From a virus: DNA of 64,000 nucleotides. The translations under genes were made by a program, and so were the position numbers. The first letter of the stretch is position 1; every line of letters starts with the position of its first letter. The notes under the pieces were generated by a model. It made no database searches, had not been told where the DNA came from, and was given only the letters and a program-made list of their open reading frames with translations. Positions 46,536 through 55,075 of this stretch are shown piece by piece. Location of the stretch: the IMG/VR virus record IMGVR_UViG_3300020051_000004; one strand, written 5' to 3'.

Positions 46536-47323
46536 CCCAGTTACTAAACCAAGACAACATTTTTTACCTGAACGGCCAAAAACTTTCGGGCGTTTCTAAT
46601 TTATCTCTTGGGTACACTAACCCACTTGAGAATTATTTAACTTTGGGCGCAAAGAATTTTGGTTATTTTTTGAATGGGCCTATCGAGTCATCCTTAGAGA
46701 TTAGTCGTTCGTTGATTTATTCTGACCCGTTGTTAGCTTTTACGGGCGATTCTTTTTTCTCTGGGAACTTTTCTTATGGAGGCAAAAGCTATTCTTTTCA
46801 AAGCGGCTATTTGACCAATTATTCCGTGAGTTGTTCTGTAGGAGAAATTCCGCAAGTTTCTTCAAGAATTTCTATTTTAGGGGAATTTAAAAGCGGCGAA
46901 AACTTTTTGTCGGAACAAGTTAATGATGGTTTGTTTATCCCATCCCCAAGAACAATCTCTGTTTCTGGATTGGATTTCTCGTCAAACAGAGTTCGCTCGT
47001 TCAACTATTCTTTAGAAGTTCAGAAGCAGCCAATCTTCTCTTTAGAAGGTGGCAGAACGGCCCAATCAGTTAATTTTATTTCGCCCATTAATGTTTCTTT
47101 GTCCGTGGAAATTGAAATGGCCAATTCAGCTATCAGGGATTCTTTCTCTTACTGCGAAAAGAAGGCTGATGATTCTGTTATTATAACTATAAATGATCGA
47201 ACGCTTAACAATTCTATATCTTCGTTTGAAGTTCCAAACTCTACTCTTCTTGGTGAAAGCGTCCAAGTTTCTAGCGATGGTCAACCTGTAAAATCCTTAA
47301 CTTTTGGAGGATTTTTAGAGTGA
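46532..47323 (+). CDS. Tail tube-like / tail tip protein
   Basis: GYLTNYSVSCSVGEIP parallels major tail tube YVSSYELSIGVGEIP. Confidence 0.6.
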   Translation: MTQLLNQDNIFYLNGQKLSGVSNLSLGYTNPLENYLTLGAKNFGYFLNGPIESSLEISRSLIYSDPLLAFTGDSFFSGNFSYGGKSYSFQSGYLTNYSVSCSVGEIPQVSSRISILGEFKSGENFLSEQVNDGLFIPSPRTISVSGLDFSSNRVRSFNYSLEVQKQPIFSLEGGRTAQSVNFISPINVSLSVEIEMANSAIRDSFSYCEKKADDSVIITINDRTLNNSISSFEVPNSTLLGESVQVSSDGQPVKSLTFGGFLE

Positions 47324-49581
47324 GCGACTTATTTTACGATAGGGATAGAAACATTTCAGGCATCTCTGATTTAGAGACTATTGAATATCAGCCAATTTTT
47401 GGATCAAGCGTCACGTTTTCTACGAGAGCTAATTCTCTGACTTATCCAAACAGAGTCAACAGAAGAATGGGCCAATCCTTAAACTCTGTAATCGCAGAGT
47501 ATGATTTATCTTTTCAGCTTAATGACGCTAACGCTCAAAAGTTAATCAACTACTTAGAATCTAGAAGCGGCGTTTTGCCCGTTTCTCTTTCTGACTCTTC
47601 TAGCATCTATAAGCCCATCACAGGTTTTGCTGATGAATTTTCTTGGGCCACAAAAGGAAATCTTGAAAACGACATATCCTTAAAAGCAGTTGTTGACAAT
47701 CGTTCGCCGCAATTAAATTGGAGTGGATTAGCTTTTGTCGATAACACTTTTAAAATTTGGAAAACTGGGGAACTTGTTCAGCCTTATGAGATTAGATATT
47801 TTGACTATGACGGCCAAAATAAATTCAACAATTACTTTTATTGCACGGGCGAACATTTTTCAACTTACGAAAACGGCCCATTCTCCTCTGGAAGTTTGTG
47901 GACGCAAAATCTTTTCTTAAACGAGTCTCTTGATTATTCAATTTCATCAAAGCCTGATGTTTCAAAGATGGAGTTCAACAACTCTTTCTATTCTCGAATA
48001 AAGACAAAGAAAAACATTCACTCTATTGAAAACTTAACGCTGAAATTTGAAGGTCTTAGCGACGTTCAAACAAAAGCTATTCTTCATTTTGCGGAAAGTA
48101 AATTCGGCGAATTAAAATTTCAATATCAGATTCCAAAAATCTACAATCGCCCGAAAGTTTTTTATTGCCCAACGTGGAGGCATACATGGATTTTTCAAAA
48201 CTCGAACACTGTTGAGTTGGATTTAGTGGAAGATTCGCTAGGCATTTTGCCCAAGAATAATTCTCCAAGCGTTTCTTTTTCTCAAAGAGATTCCACTGAC
48301 CATTTAGAGTTCTCTCTCGAAAGCCAGAACGGCGCAACGGTTATCAAGTCAGGAGATATTCAAAATGTTTTCAGTGACGGGGAAATTAAAATTAATTGGC
48401 AAAACTCGCCCCAAACAGTTTCAATTTTCGGCGCTCCAGAGAAAATTGAGGCGCACAATCAGTTTTTGTGGTCGTTCAATGTTGCAGAATCTAGCTCGTT
48501 GAGAGAACTGGATTTAAGTTCTTGCAATCTTGAGACAATTAATTTCTCCAATAACAAGAAACTTTCTTACGTCGATTTATCAAATAACTCATTAAAGGAG
48601 CTTGACTTAGGCTTAATGAAATCTTTGAAGAGTTTGAACATTTCCAACAACAGAATCTCATCCTTGGATTTAACAAGGTGTTCTGGAATCACTGGGATTA
48701 AATGCGGCGGAAATAAGATTAGCGGCGCTTCTTTTTCTTCGGCCCTTGATGCTTTAGTGAACTACGAGAACTTTTCTGGGGAATTTTTAGCGGCAGATTC
48801 TAATTATGTGGATTTTGCCTCTAATTCTCCTCTGCCAGCCAGTTCATTAAATGATTTCGCCGTTCTTGGATGGAGAGGATGGAATCTTTCTTTCGATAAC
48901 GCGAAAACGCCGCTAGATGTTTCTGGTTACGGTAAGCCAGTTTTGTATTTTAATCAAGACTCGCTAAAAGACAAGCAAAATGGAGAACATATATTCACTT
49001 GGGATGATTCTATTAGAAATTTTGATGCTTCTAGGATCGTTGTATCTGATAGCCTTAAGCCAGAAATTATAAAAGATGAATTTGCTGGCGGCAGAAGTGC
49101 TTTGAGATTTAATGGGGAATCTTGCTTGGCGCAGGTTAATTCTTTAAATTCGCCGATTCATTATTCTATTTTTGCCGTGGTAAAGCCAGCGAGTAGTGGA
49201 ATGATGTGTGTGTTTTCAGATTACTGGAATCGTGGCATGTACGTTTCTGGCAACAAGCTCTTGTCAAAAACAAACATGGGAAGCACTCAGCTTGGGGAAC
49301 TTTCTACTGGCTATAATGTTGTTGGTATTTATACGAGCGGCGTTGTTGTTTCTGGTTCAATTAACTCTCAAACACCAATTACTGGCGCTCCAAGACTTGG
49401 AACATCGAATATTGTTTTGCCAGGGTCGATTGGTCTTCCAAGATACGGCGCTAGCGGAATTTTAAGCGGGCAAAATGGTTTTGTTGGAGAGATTTCTGAG
49501 ATTGCTTTGTTCACTGGCGACGTGAACTTTGGTAAAGTAATGAGAGACTTGGGCGCAAAACACGGATTGGAGATTTTATGA
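47320..49581 (+). CDS. Tail tip protein: two lambda gpM/Dit-like repeats, leucine-rich repeats, LamG-like C-terminus
   Basis: LINYLESRSG and ILHFAESKFG repeats; LRELDLSSC / LSYVDLSNN / LKSLNISNN LRRs; FVGEISEIALF. Confidence 0.6.
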   Translation: MSDLFYDRDRNISGISDLETIEYQPIFGSSVTFSTRANSLTYPNRVNRRMGQSLNSVIAEYDLSFQLNDANAQKLINYLESRSGVLPVSLSDSSSIYKPITGFADEFSWATKGNLENDISLKAVVDNRSPQLNWSGLAFVDNTFKIWKTGELVQPYEIRYFDYDGQNKFNNYFYCTGEHFSTYENGPFSSGSLWTQNLFLNESLDYSISSKPDVSKMEFNNSFYSRIKTKKNIHSIENLTLKFEGLSDVQTKAILHFAESKFGELKFQYQIPKIYNRPKVFYCPTWRHTWIFQNSNTVELDLVEDSLGILPKNNSPSVSFSQRDSTDHLEFSLESQNGATVIKSGDIQNVFSDGEIKINWQNSPQTVSIFGAPEKIEAHNQFLWSFNVAESSSLRELDLSSCNLETINFSNNKKLSYVDLSNNSLKELDLGLMKSLKSLNISNNRISSLDLTRCSGITGIKCGGNKISGASFSSALDALVNYENFSGEFLAADSNYVDFASNSPLPASSLNDFAVLGWRGWNLSFDNAKTPLDVSGYGKPVLYFNQDSLKDKQNGEHIFTWDDSIRNFDASRIVVSDSLKPEIIKDEFAGGRSALRFNGESCLAQVNSLNSPIHYSIFAVVKPASSGMMCVFSDYWNRGMYVSGNKLLSKTNMGSTQLGELSTGYNVVGIYTSGVVVSGSINSQTPITGAPRLGTSNIVLPGSIGLPRYGASGILSGQNGFVGEISEIALFTGDVNFGKVMRDLGAKHGLEIL

Positions 49582-51233
49582 GCAGACATTACATTAAAAG
49601 CAACTCTATTCTTGTCGCTGTAGATTCTTACGATTCAGGCAACGGCGATCAAAGAGGCTTGTCGTTCTTGGGTCTTCAAGATTCTTTTGGCTTTAGCGTG
49701 GAGATTCCGAAAGTTTCAGCGGGTCAAGTTGGTTCACAAAAACTAGCTTACGAAGAACCTAGTTTTGCGCCAGAGATTTCTTTTGACTTGTCTTTCATTC
49801 CTACTCGGACTTTTGCTAATGAAAATGTTTTAGGGCTCAATTTTGGATACAATAATGAGTTTCTTAGTGTTTTAAATGGCCGCTCTGAGTCTAGCTTTAA
49901 TGTTTATTTGTTTACCTCTGAAAAACAGTCGTATGACTTCATTAATCAAATTAGAAACGCCGAAAGTTTAAATGGCGTTGAGTGCTTGGCCTTGGGAAAT
50001 TGTTTTATCACTCAGTATGGATTCTCTATGCGCGTGAGTGATTTGGCAAGAGCTACAGCATCTTTTGTTTCGTCAAACATTGAGGCAAGCATAGTTTCTG
50101 GCGACAGGGTAAAAATGCCCAACGTAGATTTAAACTCAGGAGATTCGCCGCTTCATTATTTATCTCTTGATTGGCCGCAAATTAGAGTAGCGCTTGACGA
50201 ACTAACCAAAGAGGCTCAACCGATTTTGCCCACAACTGAGGTAAAATTCTATATGGGCGCGGAAAATTTAGAAACGCCGTCTGCAATTATTTCGCCGCTA
50301 AAAGATGCCAAGATTCAGTCATTAGACTTTGGACTTTCTATTCCTCGCGAAACGAGTTATCGTTTTGGCAGTAATTTTCCTTGCGGGCGCAAAATTAAAT
50401 ATCCTGTTCAAGGGCAACTCAATGTTTCGTCCATCGTTTCTCAGTATTCAACTGGAAGTTTTTCTGGAATCATGGGCGGAATGCAAAAACAAAATGTGGT
50501 TTTGAACTTTTTAGACCCCCAAGAAGTTTATTTATCGGGCAAAAGTTTTGCTGAATTATCTGGATTCTTGACTACTGGAACGCTCGGGCCAACTGGATTT
50601 TTCACGGAAAGCAGAAGTTTAAAATTAGAAGCGGCTAAATTAAATTCTTACTCCCAGAGTTTTCCGATTAATGAGTTGGTAACTTCTGAGTTTTCCTTTT
50701 CCTTCCAATGCAGCGAAAGCGGCGGACTGATGCAGAAATTTGGAGTCTTATCTGACGGCGCTCAACCTCCTCATTTATACTCATCTGATTCTAGAAAAAT
50801 CTACGACCCAAGTGGAAATTTGCTGACTATTGACCCATTCTTGTATATTTACGACGAAAACTGTGAGAAAAATTACTTACTTGATGGCGAAAATAATTTA
50901 ATTCTTGCTGATAACTGGACAGAAGAGGATATGAATGCTTGCTTATATGTTTCCCCTCCAAGTCCAGCGCCAGATATTTTGTCTGCTGCTTATCAAGGAG
51001 TGAACGAATCTGTTATTGTCGAGTGGCAACTTTCTGACGTTTTCGATTACCACGCACTAGAAAGATCAACTGACGGAACTAATTATCAAGAATTGCAGAG
51101 AATTTATACTTCAGATACCCAGTATTTCGATGAAAATCTTCCAGCTTTCGGAATTACTCTTTGGTATAGGGTGAAGGCTCATTATTTTGGCAACGTGACA
51201 ATTGGAGCGCCGTTATCAGTATATATTCCCTAA
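49578..51233 (+). CDS. Tail protein with tube-like N-domain and FN3-like C-domain
   Basis: GNCFITQYGFS, IQSLDFGLSIPRE...FGS.FP..R; C-terminal VEW...LERSTDG....WYRVKA. Confidence 0.6.
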   Translation: MSRHYIKSNSILVAVDSYDSGNGDQRGLSFLGLQDSFGFSVEIPKVSAGQVGSQKLAYEEPSFAPEISFDLSFIPTRTFANENVLGLNFGYNNEFLSVLNGRSESSFNVYLFTSEKQSYDFINQIRNAESLNGVECLALGNCFITQYGFSMRVSDLARATASFVSSNIEASIVSGDRVKMPNVDLNSGDSPLHYLSLDWPQIRVALDELTKEAQPILPTTEVKFYMGAENLETPSAIISPLKDAKIQSLDFGLSIPRETSYRFGSNFPCGRKIKYPVQGQLNVSSIVSQYSTGSFSGIMGGMQKQNVVLNFLDPQEVYLSGKSFAELSGFLTTGTLGPTGFFTESRSLKLEAAKLNSYSQSFPINELVTSEFSFSFQCSESGGLMQKFGVLSDGAQPPHLYSSDSRKIYDPSGNLLTIDPFLYIYDENCEKNYLLDGENNLILADNWTEEDMNACLYVSPPSPAPDILSAAYQGVNESVIVEWQLSDVFDYHALERSTDGTNYQELQRIYTSDTQYFDENLPAFGITLWYRVKAHYFGNVTIGAPLSVYIP

Positions 51234-51254
51234 GTGTAAATCTATCTAAGGAAT

Positions 51255-52646
51255 ATGGCTGGCGTTTTTTCACTTACAAACTCTTCTGCAAGACTTGATC
51301 AAGCGATCAATGCAGTTCACAGCGGACTTTTCCCCAACTCTTCTGGAGTTATTTACTCTACAGGAAATCAAACCGTCACTGGAAACAAGACTTTTGCTAG
51401 CCAATTAGTAGCAGATGGTCTTTTCAAGGCTTCTGGCAGCGTTTCTGGCGAGCTTTCGCCGCATTCTAATGGGTTGGTTCCTCTTGGCTCCCCAACGAAG
51501 CGTTTCGGCATGGCTTATGCGACGGGGTTTTCTGGTGACAACGCCCATTTCAATGGCAATGTTACGATTCTTGGTTCGCTAAACGCTAACATTAACATTG
51601 CCGCTACTGGTTTATCAGCCATAACTGTTACAGGAACAGGGTTCTTTGAAAACATTAGAGTAACTGGCGAAAGCTCTTTTGGCGGTACATCAACTTTTTC
51701 GGGCGCTAGCAATTTTTCTGGGAACAATAATTTTAGCGGCCAAAATGTTTTCGGGTCAACTGTTTCATTCAAATCTTCTGTATTTTTTGAAGCGGGCCAA
51801 AATGTTTCTGGCGCAGCTAATTTTAGAGGTGGCTTAATCGCTCATTCTGGAGTTACAGCTACAGGAGCTTTTTCTCACGAAGGTCGGGCAACTCTTACGG
51901 GTGATTTCTTTCACGACGGAACAATTCGTCAAACAGGAAATTCTTTTTTAATTGGGAATCTTAGTGTTGGTGGAAGCACTAATCTTACTGGCGATTTTAC
52001 AGTAAATGGCGGCGCAGTTTTAGTTAAAGGTTCTACTTTTTTCACGACTGGTTCCAGCCCTGCTGACCGTCTCGGAATTAACCAGAACGTTGATCAAACT
52101 GGCGACTACAATTTAACAGGCTCTCTTAGAGTTTCCAGTCAAGCATATTTTACTGGCGGTGCGACTTTCAAAGGAACATCTTTCTTTGAAACCCAGAGAA
52201 TTTCGGGCGATTTATTTCAAAGTGGTTCATCCACATTTACAGGAACTCAAACTGTCACTGGAAACTCTACTGTCGTTGGTAATGCTAATATTAGTGGCTC
52301 CACTAGAATCAGTGGCAACCTAACTGTTGTTGGCAATACTGGAAATTCTGTATCTTTTGAAACTTTTGTTAAGCCTTATGTTGTTGCTAGCGGTATTGGA
52401 ACCTCTAGAATCGACACCTTGACAATGAGTAATTTTTGGAATGGCGGAATCGCTGTTGCTCCAGGAACAGGTATTTGGATCACGGCTTATTCTGGAAGAA
52501 TAGGAGAGCAGGCTTTACTTTTGACTGGCTGTAGCACAAGCGCTGCTCATAACAATGACTTACCAACTGGCACGTACGGAAGAGTTATTACTCTTACCTG
52601 CGCTGGAATGAGAAACGGTTCTGGCGTTTGGCATCCACGTCTTTAA
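51255..52646 (+). CDS. Tail fiber/spike protein, beta-helix-like repeats
   Basis: GNQTVTGNKTF motif, ~6-residue FxG/VxG periodicity; GTGTAA at 51234. Confidence 0.7.
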   Translation: MAGVFSLTNSSARLDQAINAVHSGLFPNSSGVIYSTGNQTVTGNKTFASQLVADGLFKASGSVSGELSPHSNGLVPLGSPTKRFGMAYATGFSGDNAHFNGNVTILGSLNANINIAATGLSAITVTGTGFFENIRVTGESSFGGTSTFSGASNFSGNNNFSGQNVFGSTVSFKSSVFFEAGQNVSGAANFRGGLIAHSGVTATGAFSHEGRATLTGDFFHDGTIRQTGNSFLIGNLSVGGSTNLTGDFTVNGGAVLVKGSTFFTTGSSPADRLGINQNVDQTGDYNLTGSLRVSSQAYFTGGATFKGTSFFETQRISGDLFQSGSSTFTGTQTVTGNSTVVGNANISGSTRISGNLTVVGNTGNSVSFETFVKPYVVASGIGTSRIDTLTMSNFWNGGIAVAPGTGIWITAYSGRIGEQALLLTGCSTSAAHNNDLPTGTYGRVITLTCAGMRNGSGVWHPRL

Positions 52647-53683
52647 ATGACACTGTGGCTGAATAGTTCACCAATCTTGTCTCTATGTCGCTCAAAAGGT
52701 GGAAATCCATAAAAATATCCAAACGAGCGGCTCATTTTTTCAGTAAGCTCTAGCAGTTTTCTCTGGCGCAATCCTTTATAAAGATAAACTTGTTTGATAA
52801 GCTCCTCGATTAACGCCAAAAACTTCATGGCGCGAACTATTTGAGAACATTTCTGAAATTCAGCGGGCGAAAAGTTGTTGGTTTTCTTGTATTCTTGAAG
52901 CAAGTGGTTTTCCATTTGCTCACTTAGAAAGAACTCGTATTTGAGAGAAAGAATGTCCAACAACCGATTGCCGCGAAAAGAATTTTCAAAATTAATCATG
53001 GAAAAACTTCCTTCGTGAAAAAGTAACCTTGAAGGAGAGATTTCGCCGTGACAAAAATTAGAGCCCTCCATTGAAGCGTCGTATAGGTTTTTGATGATGT
53101 TTTTGGTTTCCCCTGTTTCCTTGAAACATAAATCAATGATTTCCTGATCTTCGCCGAAATCTGCTTTGCGCAACTCTGAGTATAAAAAACTTTCGGCCCC
53201 AAAATAATTATCTGCTAGTTTTTCGCTGAACGAAGGAAGACTTTGACAATTTTCTTGCAGAGAGTTTAAGAACGACAAAAAACCCTGTTCGTTTTGAGAT
53301 AGCGTTGATTTCCCAAAAGACGCGCAGTTGTCCTTGTTGATCCAAGTGGACAAAGAATAATTTGCGCCATAATCTTTAATTTCTCCAAGGCGAATTGGAA
53401 TTGGAAATCCGCCGCCAAATTTTAATTCTTCCAGAGCCGCGAAATCTTTTTGCAAGGATTTATTTAAAGCGTCCAAAGATATTTTTGCCAAGAATTGGCC
53501 TTTATTTGAGACTATCCTGTAGGAATCGTAGTCATCGTTATTGTCAACAACAAAAGTTTGAGAAATTTCACCAAGATTATTTTTGGCCGCGATAGTTTTT
53601 AAGATGTTTTTTTCTGTGTCAGTTGTTTGAGGAGAACTGGCAAAAATGTAAACTTTATCTCGGAGAATGTTTTCGATTCGCAT
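52643..53683 (-). CDS. APH/choline-kinase-like protein with degenerate catalytic motifs
   Basis: FLAKI, FCHGEISPSR, INFE..RGNRLLD. Confidence 0.65.
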   Translation of the reverse strand: MRIENILRDKVYIFASSPQTTDTEKNILKTIAAKNNLGEISQTFVVDNNDDYDSYRIVSNKGQFLAKISLDALNKSLQKDFAALEELKFGGGFPIPIRLGEIKDYGANYSLSTWINKDNCASFGKSTLSQNEQGFLSFLNSLQENCQSLPSFSEKLADNYFGAESFLYSELRKADFGEDQEIIDLCFKETGETKNIIKNLYDASMEGSNFCHGEISPSRLLFHEGSFSMINFENSFRGNRLLDILSLKYEFFLSEQMENHLLQEYKKTNNFSPAEFQKCSQIVRAMKFLALIEELIKQVYLYKGLRQRKLLELTEKMSRSFGYFYGFPPFERHRDKIGELFSHSVI

Positions 53684-53696
53684 GTTTATATTAACG

Positions 53697-53733
53697 GAAA
53701 ACCCCGAACCACCTTTCGATAGTTCAGGGTTTC
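53697..53733 (-). terminator. Rho-independent terminator
   Basis: Minus strand AACCCTGAACTATC-GAAA-GGTGGTTCGGGGTTTT. Confidence 0.7.
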
Positions 53734-53759
53734 AGAACATCTCGTTCTAAGGCATTTGA

Positions 53760-53942
53760 TTAGTTGACACCAATTACGCTAGTCTTAGCTAGCTTGCGAA
53801 GGCGATTTTTGTTTCGATCAAAGACCGTGAGATAACAGCGTGTCATGCTGCGAGCTTGAGCGTTAAACCGCTCTCCTTGCTTAGTAGAAAGAGTGAAGAA
53901 GCGGCCTTTGGTTAGCTTTAGAGTATGTTCGATGTTTTCCAT
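53760..53942 (-). CDS. Small basic hypothetical protein
   Basis: ORF with its own downstream terminator. Confidence 0.65.
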   Translation of the reverse strand: MENIEHTLKLTKGRFFTLSTKQGERFNAQARSMTRCYLTVFDRNKNRLRKLAKTSVIGVN

Positions 53943-53997
53943 GTGTTTTAGGGGTGTGATATATTAACGGTTAAATTAGCGAGGTCTGTCGTTTATT

Positions 53998-54240
53998 TTA
54001 TACTTTTTTAAGAGTCGCTCCTTTTGCGAATGAAAGGATAACGGCCTTGTTTTTGAGGGTAGTATAAGTTCCTCTAATAATAACTCCATCTTCAATTTCA
54101 AACCCTTCTGTTTTAATTGCGTGTCCATTTTCATCTGCACTTGTTTCAAGGATTAATTTGAAATTATTTTCATTTTGGCTCGCGACAATTTCTTGTTCTG
54201 GAGTTAGTTTTATAGATTTAACGGCTAGTGTGTGGCTCAT
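53998..54240 (-). CDS. Hypothetical protein
   Basis: Minus-strand ORF. Confidence 0.6.
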   Translation of the reverse strand: MSHTLAVKSIKLTPEQEIVASQNENNFKLILETSADENGHAIKTEGFEIEDGVIIRGTYTTLKNKAVILSFAKGATLKKV

Positions 54241-54292
54241 GTTTTTACTTTGGTATGTGGTGAATTAACGTGTTAGGCGGAGAGTTTTATCT

Positions 54293-54616
54293 CTAAATCT
54301 GATTGTTTTCTGGATTTTCGTAGTCGATTGTTTCGTTGAATTTTTCCATTTCAGCATCACAATCGTTCTTGATTTTTTTAACAGCCAAAAAAGCGGCGCT
54401 ACCAAAGTCTTCATTTGATCTAAGTGCTGCGTTAATTAGCGTCATATGTTCGCAGGCAATAGAAAAAAGATGAACCCTTTTTAAAAGGTATCCTAGTGGC
54501 AAAGGGTCTTTTAAGCCTCCTTCGCTTCCTCTTTGTAATGACTTTTGCAATAGTTGTCTAAATTTCTTTTCAGTAAATCGTGGTTTTTTCTTGGGCATAT
54601 TATTTTGGGTTTTCAA
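54293..54616 (-). CDS. Hypothetical protein
   Basis: Minus-strand ORF; start uncertain. Confidence 0.55.
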   Translation of the reverse strand: MKTQNNMPKKKPRFTEKKFRQLLQKSLQRGSEGGLKDPLPLGYLLKRVHLFSIACEHMTLINAALRSNEDFGSAAFLAVKKIKNDCDAEMEKFNETIDYENPENNQI

Positions 54617-54812
54617 TTAATTTTGGGTCTTTTTTGCCAGCCTTCTTAAAAATTGTCTCTCTAAAATCATCACACATTTTCGATAACTCTTCTGCGTCAA
54701 CTTCTGACAGTGGGAATCCGCTCTCAAACGAGATCCCTTGCTGTCTTGCAACAGGTGGAAGAATTGGTATTACGAAGTTAGGAGCCTGAAATGGTTTTAG
54801 TTGTAGGTTCAT
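54600..54812 (-). CDS. Hypothetical protein
   Basis: LKPFQAPNFV...LCDDFR-type small phage protein. Confidence 0.6.
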   Translation of the reverse strand: MNLQLKPFQAPNFVIPILPPVARQQGISFESGFPLSEVDAEELSKMCDDFRETIFKKAGKKDPKLIENPK

Positions 54813-54817
54813 GTTGT

Positions 54818-55075
54818 TTAATAAGATAGTTCTTTTATGACTCGCCTGTACAGCTTAGCTTTTCCCTTGCAGTCATCTGAAATTGTAACGCAGTTTCCCC
54901 ATGCGTCGTATTTTTCTGAAAACGAAACGGTATTGACTGTCAATCTAGCGTATTCCTCCAGTTTCTCAGCTTCTTCAGTCAAGAGTCGCGCCAAAAATTT
55001 TGGCTTTTCAATGATCGTTTTAATATGTTCTCTTGCGTTCTCTGGGATTTTCATTAATGGGCTATTTTTATTCAC
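54818..55075 (-). CDS. Hypothetical protein
   Basis: Coupled to Clp gene. Confidence 0.55.
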   Translation of the reverse strand: MNKNSPLMKIPENAREHIKTIIEKPKFLARLLTEEAEKLEEYARLTVNTVSFSEKYDAWGNCVTISDDCKGKAKLYRRVIKELSY

